A DNA stretch of 33,317 bases. It comes from Lysobacterales bacterium. GTDB lineage: Bacteria > Pseudomonadota > Gammaproteobacteria > Xanthomonadales > Xanthomonadaceae. Positions within the stretch are counted from its first letter, which is position 1. Every line of letters starts with the position of its first letter. Of this stretch, positions 7,342 to 16,367 are shown one piece after another. The notes beneath the pieces were generated by a model. The model was not told the origin of the DNA. It did not search any database and worked only from the letters and a program-made list of their open reading frames with translations. Location of the stretch: positions 1-33,317 of the forward strand of contig JANOXT010000167.1 in assembly GCA_031418555.1 (NCBI GenBank). The letters are read 5' to 3'. A program made the position numbers and the translations under genes.

Positions 7342-9330
7342 ATGCGCGCTTCTATCCTGGCTTTCCCCCTGCTCGCCACCCTGATGATGACCGCCTGCAC
7401 ATCCGAAGATGCGACCCCGGTTGCGCCCGCCGCCAAGCCGGCGCCGAGCCAGCCGACGGTGGTCGACGAACATTCCTATGCCGAACCGGCCAAGGTCGTC
7501 ATCAAGGATCTGACCCTGGATCTCAAGGTGGACTTCGACACCAAGACGCTGGCCGGTATCGCCACCTACCAGCTGGACTGGAAGGACGCTGGCGCAACCG
7601 CGCTGGTCCTGGACAGCCGCGACCTGACCATCGCGCAGATCGAAGGTACGGATGCCAAGGGCGCCTGGGCGCCGCTGAAATTCACGCTGGCGGCGCCTGA
7701 TCCCATTCTGGGCAGCAAACTCACCGTCGCCGCACCGCTGCGCAACCCGGAGGTCCGGGTGACCTACACGACGTCGCCGCAGGCGTCCGGCCTGCAGTGG
7801 CTGGAGCCGTCGATGACCGAGGGCAAGCAGCTGCCCTTCATGTTCAGCCAGTCGCAGCAGATCCACGCGCGGTCGTGGGTGCCGCTGCAGGACACGCCGA
7901 GCGTACGCTACACCTACAGCGCGCACGTGACCTCGCGTCCGGACGTGATGGTGCTGATGAGCGCCGACAACGACCCGAATGCGACCCGCGACGGCGACTA
8001 CACCTTCAAGATGCCGCAGAAGATTCCGTCGTATCTGATGGCGATCGCCGCCGGCGACCTCGCTTTCAAGCGTATCTCCGACCGCAGCGGCGTGTGGGCA
8101 GAGCCGGCCATGCTCGACAAGTCGGTGAAAGAGTTCGAAGACACCGAGCGGATGATCGCCACCGCCGAATCGCTGTACGGTGCCTATCGCTGGGACCGCT
8201 ACGACATGCTGGTGCTGCCGCCGTCGTTCCCGTACGGCGGCATGGAAAATCCGCGCCTGACCTTCCTTACCCCCACGGTGATCGTCGGCGATAAAACGCT
8301 GGTGTCGCTGATTGCGCATGAACTCGCGCACAGCTGGTCGGGTAATCTCGTCACGTTCTCCAGCGCCAAGGACGCATGGCTCAACGAAGGCTTCACCAGC
8401 TACGTCGAGAACCGCATCATCGAAGTGCTGTACGGCAAAGAACAGGCCGACATGGAGAACGTGATCGAGCGCAACGAGCTCAAGAAAGCGTACGCCGAAG
8501 TCGATCCCAAGCTGCAGGTACTGGCCACCAAGCCCGGCGTGCTGAAAGACCCGGACGACAGCAGCAGCGCGACCGTCTACACCAAGGGGGCATGGTTTCT
8601 GCAGTTTCTTGAACAGCGCTACGGCCGCGACAAGTTCGACCCGTTCCTGCGCGAATACTTCAACCACTTCGCGTTTCAGAGCATCGATACCCATCAGTTC
8701 GCCGAGTACGCCAAAAAGAATCTCTTGGCGAAATATCCGAACACTGTAACCCAGGCCGAGTTCGACGCATGGCTGTATGCGCCGGGCATTCCGCCGGGCG
8801 CACCGTTGGCGCAGGCGCGCCGGTTCGGTCTGGTCGACTCCGCGCGTCTGGCGTGGCTGGGCACGCAGCAGCTGCCGCCGGCCGCCATTACCGAGATCTG
8901 GACCACCCAGGAATGGGTGCACTTCATCGAAAGCCTGCCCAAGACACTGACCGTTGCGCAGCTCGCGCAGCTCGACGGTGCCTACGGTTTCACCGGCAGC
9001 ATGAACGGCGAAATCGCCCAGCGCTGGTATCCGCTGGCCGTGAGTAACGGCTACGCCCAGGCCAACGACGCCATCGCTGCGTTCCTGCAGCGCATTGGCC
9101 GTCGCAAGCTGATCATGCCGACGTATACCGCGCTGGTGCAGACCGAGGCCGGGCTGGCGTTGGCCAAAGAGGTGTTCGCGAAGGCGAAGCCGGGCTACCA
9201 CCCCATCACCACCGGCTCGGTGCAGAAGGTGATCGACGAGGCCAAGCCTGTGCAGACAGTATCCCCCAGAGCGACTGCGCCTGCGGTAGCGGACGATCTC
9301 GCCGCGCCGGCTGCCGCAGCGACTAAATGA
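7342..9330 (+). CDS. M1 family zinc aminopeptidase (leukotriene A4 hydrolase-like), probable lipoprotein
   Basis: 'FPYGGMENP', 'HELAHSWSGN...WLNEG' (HEXXH-x18-E), 'YTKG', C-terminal 'IGRRK'; lipobox-like MMTAC. Confidence 0.93.
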   Translation: MRASILAFPLLATLMMTACTSEDATPVAPAAKPAPSQPTVVDEHSYAEPAKVVIKDLTLDLKVDFDTKTLAGIATYQLDWKDAGATALVLDSRDLTIAQIEGTDAKGAWAPLKFTLAAPDPILGSKLTVAAPLRNPEVRVTYTTSPQASGLQWLEPSMTEGKQLPFMFSQSQQIHARSWVPLQDTPSVRYTYSAHVTSRPDVMVLMSADNDPNATRDGDYTFKMPQKIPSYLMAIAAGDLAFKRISDRSGVWAEPAMLDKSVKEFEDTERMIATAESLYGAYRWDRYDMLVLPPSFPYGGMENPRLTFLTPTVIVGDKTLVSLIAHELAHSWSGNLVTFSSAKDAWLNEGFTSYVENRIIEVLYGKEQADMENVIERNELKKAYAEVDPKLQVLATKPGVLKDPDDSSSATVYTKGAWFLQFLEQRYGRDKFDPFLREYFNHFAFQSIDTHQFAEYAKKNLLAKYPNTVTQAEFDAWLYAPGIPPGAPLAQARRFGLVDSARLAWLGTQQLPPAAITEIWTTQEWVHFIESLPKTLTVAQLAQLDGAYGFTGSMNGEIAQRWYPLAVSNGYAQANDAIAAFLQRIGRRKLIMPTYTALVQTEAGLALAKEVFAKAKPGYHPITTGSVQKVIDEAKPVQTVSPRATAPAVADDLAAPAAAATK

Positions 9331-9342
9331 AGTACTAAAGCG

Positions 9343-10335
9343 ATGACAGTGAAATCCTCTCGTTGGAAAACGGCGGCCAATTGGATCGCGGCCGCGATTC
9401 TGTTGGCTCTCGCAGCTGCGCTATGGCGCTCCCCCGATTTGGCAATCCGCAGTGAATTCTCTAAACAGCGCCTAATATTGGGCGGAGACTGGCATGAAAT
9501 CGTCGTAGGCGACCACCGTATCGTTTATGTAGAATTGGCCGCAGACAAGACAAACGCTCCAACCTTGGTGATGCTGCACGGTTATACCGGCAGCAAAGAA
9601 AATTGGTACCGGGCCGCGCGCGCGCTGCGCGGACGCTACCGGATGGTGATACCCGATCTCCCTGGTTGGGGCCAAAGTCAGCGCATCGAAGGCCAAGATT
9701 ATGGCGTAGTAGCGCAAAGCGCGCGCATCGCTGCATTTATCAGCGCGCCCGGGATAGCAAATAAACGCCCGGTCATACTGGCCGGACATTCGATGGGCGG
9801 TGCGATCGCGGCTCTTGTCACGGCGCGTTATCCGCAAATGGTTTCACGAGTAGCGCTACTCAACGCTGCTGGCGTGCGCTTCAAGGACAACGCCTTCGGC
9901 CGCGCTGTGTTGGCTGGCCAGAATCCATTCGAAGTCAGCGACGAAGCGTCGCTTGAACGTTACCTCTCGACGGTGTTTTATGACCGAGAGACACGGCCAT
10001 GGCTGCCTTGGCCGGCCAGTTCGTTTTACATCGCGCATCGTCGCAAGGAAGCTGTTTTCGAAGCAGATGTGCTCGACAGCATCGGCCGTCGCGCAGAGCG
10101 TTTCGTACCGGGTGACGAATCCGTGAATATTTCGCAGCCGACACTATTGCTTTGGTGCAGGTACGACAAAGTCATCGACGCCAGTGCGATGACCCTGTAC
10201 GCCGCGCGCATTCCGCACGCAAGCCAGGTGTTGCTGGAAGGCTGCGGCCATATGTCGTTGATGGAGCGGCCCGGCGAAACCGCCGAAGCCATCGCGATGA
10301 TGATCGAACGCGGTGCGCCGGGAGGACCGCAATGA
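9343..10335 (+). CDS. Alpha/beta fold hydrolase (lipase/esterase-like), N-terminal membrane anchor
   Basis: 'LHGYTG', 'PDLPGWG', nucleophile 'GHSMGG', 'YDKVI', 'CGHMS'. Confidence 0.9.
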   Translation: MTVKSSRWKTAANWIAAAILLALAAALWRSPDLAIRSEFSKQRLILGGDWHEIVVGDHRIVYVELAADKTNAPTLVMLHGYTGSKENWYRAARALRGRYRMVIPDLPGWGQSQRIEGQDYGVVAQSARIAAFISAPGIANKRPVILAGHSMGGAIAALVTARYPQMVSRVALLNAAGVRFKDNAFGRAVLAGQNPFEVSDEASLERYLSTVFYDRETRPWLPWPASSFYIAHRRKEAVFEADVLDSIGRRAERFVPGDESVNISQPTLLLWCRYDKVIDASAMTLYAARIPHASQVLLEGCGHMSLMERPGETAEAIAMMIERGAPGGPQ

Positions 10336-11066
10336 AGAAGACCTTGAAGACCGAACTCGCAGGGCTGGCGTTCGCATACGCATTGCTCGGTGGCTGCGGC
10401 GGCAAAGACCCTGAAGTCGCCAACGCCGCCGCCGCAGAACAGCTCGCTACGCAGGAAGCCAGAGCGCAGGAAGGTGCCGTCGCGTTCGAAGCGGCGGTCA
10501 ACAAAGAAAACTGGTCGCTGGCGAAAGCGCAGGCCGATGTGCTGATCAATCAATATCCCGACAGCGCCGCCGCGAAGCGCGTGCGCGGCGAATACGACGG
10601 CGTGAAGCAGAAGCACAACGACAGCCGCGAGGCCGCGCGCGCCGCCGCGCTGTGGAGTTACGGTACCCAGAGCGTGAAAGGCGGCCTGCAGCGATCCACC
10701 GCGATCTATGCGAAGGACAACGTCGATGTCGACGGCACCGGGCCCACGCAGGTAAGGCTGATTTTCCGCGACCATCCGTCATGGGGCCGCAGCAGTTACC
10801 TCGTGCTGCAGAGGGGCGACTTCAACTGCTATGGCGGCTGTCGCTTGCCGATCAAAATAGACGGCAAGCCCGCGAAATCGCTGCCCGGCTCGCGTCCGAA
10901 AACTGATGAAGCCATCGCGATGTTCATCGAAGACGAGCGCGCGCTCTGGACACTCACCAAAGGCGCCAAGACGCTGGAAATCGAATTTCCGGTCAAGGGT
11001 CTGGGCAAACGCAGCGCGGTGTTCGAAGTCGCGGGGCTGGACCCAAGCCGGATGCCGGGCTGGTAG
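10332..11066 (+). CDS. Hypothetical lipoprotein
   Basis: ATGA overlap with the hydrolase stop, GGAGG RBS, lipobox LLGGC. Confidence 0.8.
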   Translation: MKKTLKTELAGLAFAYALLGGCGGKDPEVANAAAAEQLATQEARAQEGAVAFEAAVNKENWSLAKAQADVLINQYPDSAAAKRVRGEYDGVKQKHNDSREAARAAALWSYGTQSVKGGLQRSTAIYAKDNVDVDGTGPTQVRLIFRDHPSWGRSSYLVLQRGDFNCYGGCRLPIKIDGKPAKSLPGSRPKTDEAIAMFIEDERALWTLTKGAKTLEIEFPVKGLGKRSAVFEVAGLDPSRMPGW

Positions 11067-11242
11067 CCGTGTGTTGATGACGGGTCGATCCGGCCGCTGT
11101 TGCGGACGATGCCCGCTGCTGCCGTTGCTTCGCGGCATGGCTCCGGTTTCTTGACTGCCGCACCCGCCGCCGGCACGGCGCTTCGATCCGAACGGGTTTC
11201 CAGGCCTTGGGTTGACCCTCGATCCGGCCCATAATCGGCGTC

Positions 11243-11521
11243 ATGACTATCGGTTCCGACCATCCCGATCATGGGTTCCAGTTCCCCGGCGTTTTCGAGA
11301 TCACCGCCATGGGCTCCGCCAGCGCGGGGCTGGAGGAACGCATTCCCGAATTGCTGGAGGCCGTGGGGATTGTAGTCCTGCGCGAAACCGTCGCCGCGCG
11401 CAATTCTTCGGGCGGCAAGTTCGTGTCGATCCGCCTGAGTTTCCGTGCCGAAGACCGCAGCCGCTACGAGGCCGCGCATGCCGCCCTGCGCGACGAGCCG
11501 GACATCAAATGGACGCTGTGA
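11243..11521 (+). CDS. ybeD: DUF493/YbeD family protein
   Basis: 'FQFPGVFEITAMG', 'SSGGKFVSI', ends 'IKWTL'; upstream of lipB/lipA. Confidence 0.88.
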   Translation: MTIGSDHPDHGFQFPGVFEITAMGSASAGLEERIPELLEAVGIVVLRETVAARNSSGGKFVSIRLSFRAEDRSRYEAAHAALRDEPDIKWTL

Positions 11522-11567
11522 TCGCATCGTCCGCGTGCGGCGCATGATGCATCCGGATCCGGAAGGC

Positions 11568-12017
11568 ATGCGCTACAAGCCAGCAGAGATGCCGCAGGTC
11601 TGGCAACTCCTGTATCGAAGCGAGCAGGCTTACGAGATGGACAGCGACGATCTGGTGAAACTGCTGTTCGATGCGCGCGCATTCAATCGCGACAACGGCG
11701 TGACCGGGCTGCTGTTGCACCATGGCGGTCAGTTCATGCAGCTGCTCGAAGGCGAGCAGCACCAGATCCAGGGCCTCTACCGCAGAATCGCCGAGGATGC
11801 CCGCCATCGCAACGTGACGATCGAAGTCAACGCGCCGGCCGAGCGCCGCCTGTTTCCCGATTGGCATATGGGGTACGCGCTGCCGCCGGAAATGGACGGC
11901 CTTCCGGCGCTGGCTGGCGCCGAATCCGAACGCGATGCGATGGCAAATCTGCAGGTGCTGGCGCGCGGGCACATGTGCGCGATGCGGTTGATGCAGTTTC
12001 TCCGAGGCGGGCGCTGA
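11568..12017 (+). CDS. Stand-alone BLUF-domain blue-light sensor (alternative starts at 11544 and 11589)
   Basis: 'LLYRS', '[15 protein letters not shown]', 'FMQLLEG', '[10 protein letters not shown]', 'RLFPDWHM': the photoactive Tyr/Gln and the Asn, Trp and Met are present. Confidence 0.9.
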   Translation: MRYKPAEMPQVWQLLYRSEQAYEMDSDDLVKLLFDARAFNRDNGVTGLLLHHGGQFMQLLEGEQHQIQGLYRRIAEDARHRNVTIEVNAPAERRLFPDWHMGYALPPEMDGLPALAGAESERDAMANLQVLARGHMCAMRLMQFLRGGR

Positions 12018-12022
12018 CGGAC

Positions 12023-12775
12023 GTGACCATCGTCAACGTGGATATTCCGACACCGCCAAGCTGCGAACCCGCGCGTTCCGGCCACGGCAAGGCCATCGTG
12101 CGCGATCTGGGCCATCGCGACTACGCGCCCGTATGGCGCGCGATGCAGGGCTTCACCGATGCCCGCAACGCCGGGACCGCCGACGAAATCTGGCTGGTCG
12201 AACACGCCCCGGTGTTCACGCTCGGCCAAGCCGGCAAACCCGAGCACGTGCTGATGCCCGGCGATATCCCGGTGCTGCAGGTCGATCGCGGCGGCCAGGT
12301 GACCTATCACGGCCCCGGCCAGATCGTCGCCTATCCGCTGCTGGATCTGAAGCGACTGAAGATTGGCGTGCGCGATTACGTGTGCAAGATCGAGCAGGCG
12401 ATCATCGATACCCTGGCCGACTGGAATATCCATGCCGAACGCCGCGACGGCGCGCCCGGCGTGTACGTGAACGGCGCAAAGGTCGCGGCGCTGGGCATCC
12501 GCGTACGCCGCGGCTGCACCTTCCATGGCCTGGCCTTCAACATCGCCATGGATCTCGAACCCTTCCACCGCATCAACCCCTGCGGCTACGCCGGGCTGCA
12601 GGTGACCTCGATGCTAGACTTGGGTGGCCCTTCCAGCCTTGATGCGGTGAAGTCAGTGTTGCTGGAAAAGCTGGCCCAGCAGTTCGGTTTGCAACTGCAG
12701 ACCGCACCACCGCCCGATCTTTCCGCACTGTCTTTACTCTCCACCGCTGCCATCGCAGCGACCCAGGCCGCCTGA
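12023..12775 (+). CDS. lipB: Lipoyl(octanoyl) transferase (start codon uncertain)
   Basis: '[12 protein letters not shown]', '[13 protein letters not shown]', 'KVAALGIR', 'HGLAFN', 'INPCG'. Confidence 0.95.
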   Translation: MTIVNVDIPTPPSCEPARSGHGKAIVRDLGHRDYAPVWRAMQGFTDARNAGTADEIWLVEHAPVFTLGQAGKPEHVLMPGDIPVLQVDRGGQVTYHGPGQIVAYPLLDLKRLKIGVRDYVCKIEQAIIDTLADWNIHAERRDGAPGVYVNGAKVAALGIRVRRGCTFHGLAFNIAMDLEPFHRINPCGYAGLQVTSMLDLGGPSSLDAVKSVLLEKLAQQFGLQLQTAPPPDLSALSLLSTAAIAATQAA

Positions 12776-12776
12776 G

Positions 12777-13835
12777 ATGTCCACGCCGAACGCTGTCGAA
12801 AAAACCATCCCGCTGACTGTCGTCGCCGATTTGCCTGCATCTTTGCCTGCATATTTGCCTGCATCGTCGCCTGCATCTTCGCCCGCATCGCTGGAGCCGG
12901 GTGCGAAACAAGTGGCGGGCGACAAGATCGCGCGCTCGCCGGTGCAGTTCGCCGATGCGCCGGTGCTGCGCAAACCGTCGTGGATCCGGGTGCGGATTCC
13001 CTCCGGCAATGCGGTGCAGGCGCTCAAAGCCAAGCTGCGCGAGAACCGCCTGGTCACGGTCTGCGAAGAAGCCAGCTGCCCGAACATCCACGAATGCTTC
13101 AGCCACGGCACCGCCACGTTCATGATCCTCGGCGAGGTCTGCACCCGCCGCTGCTCCTTCTGCGACGTAGCCCACGGCCGGCCGAAGCCGCCGGACGCCG
13201 ATGAACCGCTGAATCTGGCCCGCACCATCGCCGATATGGGCCTGAAGTACGTGGTGGTGACCAGCGTCGACCGCGACGATCTGCGCGACGGCGGCGCCCA
13301 GCATTTCGTCGACTGCATCGCCGCCGTGCGCGCGCACAGCCCGCAGACGAAAATCGAAATCCTCACCCCCGATTTCCGCGGCAAGGGCCGGATGGAGCGG
13401 GCGCTGGACATCCTGGCAACCCATCCGCCGGATGTGTTCAACCACAACCTCGAAACCGTGCCTGATCTGTACCGCAACGTACGCCCCGGCGCCGACTACC
13501 AGTGGTCGCTCACCCTGCTGCAGCAGTTCAAGGCCCAGCATCCGGATGTGCCGACCAAAAGCGGGATCATGCTTGGTCTTGGCGAAACGATGGATCAGGT
13601 GCAGGGCACGCTGCGCGACCTGCGCGCGCACGACGTCGACATGGTCACCATCGGCCAGTATCTCCAGCCCAGCGCGCACCATCATCCTGTTTTGCGCTAC
13701 TGGACGCCCGACGAGTTCAAGGCGCTGGACGATTACGGCATGTCGCTGGGCTTCAGCCACGTCGCCTCCGGGCCGATGGTCAGAAGCTCGTATCACGCCG
13801 ATCGGCAGGCAGCCGAGGCTGGCGTCAGGGCCTGA
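12777..13835 (+). CDS. lipA: Lipoyl synthase (radical SAM)
   Basis: [12 protein letters not shown] (CX4CX5C), CTRRCSFC (CX3CX2C), RSSY. Confidence 0.98.
   Translation: MSTPNAVEKTIPLTVVADLPASLPAYLPASSPASSPASLEPGAKQVAGDKIARSPVQFADAPVLRKPSWIRVRIPSGNAVQALKAKLRENRLVTVCEEASCPNIHECFSHGTATFMILGEVCTRRCSFCDVAHGRPKPPDADEPLNLARTIADMGLKYVVVTSVDRDDLRDGGAQHFVDCIAAVRAHSPQTKIEILTPDFRGKGRMERALDILATHPPDVFNHNLETVPDLYRNVRPGADYQWSLTLLQQFKAQHPDVPTKSGIMLGLGETMDQVQGTLRDLRAHDVDMVTIGQYLQPSAHHHPVLRYWTPDEFKALDDYGMSLGFSHVASGPMVRSSYHADRQAAEAGVRA
12830..12889 (+). repeat. 5 x 12-bp tandem repeat in the lipA N-terminus
   Basis: tttgcctgcatc / tttgcctgcata / tttgcctgcatc / gtcgcctgcatc / ttcgcccgcatc, encoding [20 protein letters not shown]. 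Confidence 0.88.
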
Positions 13836-14086
13836 AGCGGTCTGCAAGCCCACCCGCGGATGAACAGCGGCCCGGCTGGCCGTCGCGATCTACGCATCCG
13901 TTGGTCAGTCATGACCTTGGGCGGTGTGTACGCGTCGAAACTTTAGGTACTCTCCAGAGTCGTAGCCCAAGCGTTGTGTGATCGATGGAATGCATCCCGA
14001 GACTGCAGCGCTTTCGTAGCCTTGTTTGATACGCCTGCTATCACACGCTCGCCCTTATACGTTCGTTCCAACCAACGAGATCGCCG

Positions 14087-16267
14087 ATGAAACTCGCCAA
14101 AGCTGTTCCGGTTTCCCTGCTTGCCCTCGCGCTCACCGCACCGGTGGCATGGTTGACCGCGCAAGCGGACGCCGGCAGCAGCCCCAGCGCGGAACAGGCC
14201 ACCGCTGCCAAGCTGGTCTACGGCATTCTGTCCGACAGCCGTTACGCCTACCGCCCCCGCGCGCTGGACGACACGCTGTCGGCGGAAGTGTTCAAGCGCT
14301 ATCTGGAATCGCTCGACCCCGGGAAACTGTTTTTCACCGCCGTCGACATCGACAAACTCACGACCTATCGGGTCAAGCTGGACGATGCGATCAAGAGCGG
14401 CGAAGTGGCGCCGGCGTTCGAAATGTTCGCGCTCTATCAACAGCGCGTGAACGAACGCGTCGCCCAGGCCCGCGGCCTGCTGGCCAAGGACATTTTCCGT
14501 TTCGACGGCAAAGACCGCTGGGAATACGATCGCGAAGACGCGCCGTGGCCGGCCACCACCGCCGAACTCGACACACTCTGGCAGCAGTCGGTCCGCAACG
14601 ACTGGCTGCGCCTGAAGCTCGCCGGCAAACAGCCCGATGAGATCCGCAAGACCCTCGACAAGCGCTATGCGAATCTGTCCAAGAGCGTGGCCGAGCTCAA
14701 CGGCATCGATGCGTTTCAGACCTTCCTCAACGCCTATGCCACGTCGATCGATCCGCATACCGACTATTTCGATCCGCGCGCGGCCGAACGCTTCGAGCAG
14801 AGCATGAGCCTGTCGCTGGAAGGCATCGGCGCGCAGCTGCAGAAGCAGGACGATGTGGTGGTGGTTCGCGAACTGATCCCCGGCGGCCCCGCGATTCTCA
14901 GCGGCAAGATCAAGGTGGGCGACCGCATCACCGGCGTCGGCCAGGGTGCCAATGGGGCCATGGAGGACGTGGTCGGCTGGCGCATCGATGACGTGGTCGC
15001 CAAGATCAAGGGTGCGAAGGGCACCCAGGTACGTCTGGACATCGTGCCGGCCGAAGCGGTGCTCGACAGCAAGCCGAACCGGATCGTGCTCAACCGCGCC
15101 AAGATCCGCTTGGAAGAACAGGCCGCCAAGGGTGAAGTGCTTACCGTCCCCGGCGTGGACGGCCAGCCCGCGCGACGCATCGGCGTGATCAAGCTGCCCG
15201 GTTTCTATCAGGATTTCGAGGGCAAACGCCGCAACAGCGACGACTACGCCTCTGCCACCCGCGATTCGGAAAAACTGCTGCGCGGCTTCCGCGAGCAGAA
15301 GGTCGACGGCGTGGTGGTCGACCTGCGCAACAACGGCGGCGGCTCGCTGGGCGAAGCGGTCGAGCTGACCGGTCTGTTCATCGACAAAGGTCCGGTGGTG
15401 CAGGTGCGCGAATCCGGCGGTCGTGTGCAGGTCGACAGCGATTCCGAAACCGGCGTCGCCTGGGACGGTCCGCTGGCGGTGCTGATCAACCGCGGCTCCG
15501 CGTCGGCGTCGGAAATCTTCGCCGGCGCGATCCAGGATTACGGCCGCGGCCTGATCATCGGCGAAACCACCTTCGGCAAGGGCACGGTGCAGAACCTCGT
15601 GGACTTGGATCGCTGGCCGACCAACGACGGTCAGCGTTTCGGCCAGGTGAAGCTGACGATCGCCCAGTTCTTCCTGCCGGGCGGCAGCAGCACCCAGAAC
15701 AAGGGCGTGGTGCCGGACATCGCGTTTCCAGTCAGCGTCGACGCCAGCGAATTCGGCGAAAGCACCTACGACAACGCGCTGCCTTGGACGCGTATCGCCG
15801 CAGTGCCGCACACCCAGTACGGCGATTTCGGCCCGCTGCTGCCGCAGCTGAAATCGCTGCACGACGCGCGCGTCGCCAAGGACAAGGAATTCCAGTGGTG
15901 GTCCGAAGATATCGCGCAGTTCCGCGAAGAGACCGCGAAGAAGTGGATTTCCCTGAACGAAGCCGACCGTCGCGTCGAGCGCGATCGCGACGCCGCCAAA
16001 CGCAAGCTGCGTCAGGAAGCGCGCAAGGCGATGGGCACCGATCTGGATCCATTGGGCGAAGACAGCGACGACGGCCTGACTTCCAGCGAACGCAATATCG
16101 CCCAGGATGCCGCGCGCGAGAAAGCCGCGCAGAAACGTCCCGACCCGCTGCTGCGCGAATCCGCCGCGATCCTGGTCGATGCGGTCGATGTGCTGGGCAA
16201 CGACAAACCGCTGTCCGCGCAGGTGTTGCTGACCGAAGCGCGCAAGCCGGGGCAGTGGGCGAATTGA
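14087..16267 (+). CDS. prc: Carboxy-terminal processing (tail-specific) protease, S41A
   Basis: Signal peptide, 'IDPHTDY', PDZ 'EGIGAQL', 'DLRNNGGG', catalytic 'SASASEI' and 'TFGKGTVQ'. Confidence 0.95.
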   Translation: MKLAKAVPVSLLALALTAPVAWLTAQADAGSSPSAEQATAAKLVYGILSDSRYAYRPRALDDTLSAEVFKRYLESLDPGKLFFTAVDIDKLTTYRVKLDDAIKSGEVAPAFEMFALYQQRVNERVAQARGLLAKDIFRFDGKDRWEYDREDAPWPATTAELDTLWQQSVRNDWLRLKLAGKQPDEIRKTLDKRYANLSKSVAELNGIDAFQTFLNAYATSIDPHTDYFDPRAAERFEQSMSLSLEGIGAQLQKQDDVVVVRELIPGGPAILSGKIKVGDRITGVGQGANGAMEDVVGWRIDDVVAKIKGAKGTQVRLDIVPAEAVLDSKPNRIVLNRAKIRLEEQAAKGEVLTVPGVDGQPARRIGVIKLPGFYQDFEGKRRNSDDYASATRDSEKLLRGFREQKVDGVVVDLRNNGGGSLGEAVELTGLFIDKGPVVQVRESGGRVQVDSDSETGVAWDGPLAVLINRGSASASEIFAGAIQDYGRGLIIGETTFGKGTVQNLVDLDRWPTNDGQRFGQVKLTIAQFFLPGGSSTQNKGVVPDIAFPVSVDASEFGESTYDNALPWTRIAAVPHTQYGDFGPLLPQLKSLHDARVAKDKEFQWWSEDIAQFREETAKKWISLNEADRRVERDRDAAKRKLRQEARKAMGTDLDPLGEDSDDGLTSSERNIAQDAAREKAAQKRPDPLLRESAAILVDAVDVLGNDKPLSAQVLLTEARKPGQWAN

Positions 16268-16330
16268 GCCGATACGCCCCAACGTCGACTTGACGTTGAG
16301 ACATATGGTCTATCGATAATGCAAGAATCG

Positions 16331-16363
16331 GATAGCGGGCGCCCTGAGCGCCCGTTATCTTTT
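16331..16363 (+). terminator. Hairpin plus T-run after prc (possible intrinsic terminator overlapping the ada/ogt promoter)
   Basis: gatagcgggcgc-cctga-gcgcccgttatc followed by tttt. Confidence 0.5.
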
Positions 16364-16367
16364 CGAC

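Noticed and set aside
6151-9201. 1016-aa minus-strand ORF
   Set aside because: The first ~690 codons are the antisense shadow of the M1 peptidase, common in high-GC DNA; only 6151-7125 has a signal peptide and family motifs.
1183-12889. Shared GCCTGCA core of the two 12-bp repeats as a common element or CRISPR-like array
   Set aside because: Both simply encode Pro-Ala in linkers; there are no spacers and no cas genes in the window.
13943-16282. Long antisense ORFs (779 aa here; also 2055..3458, 4482..6002, 26552..28609, 28386..30353, 30233..32107, 32255..33235)
   Set aside because: They mirror well-supported genes on the opposite strand and carry no motifs; expected from GC-rich codon bias.
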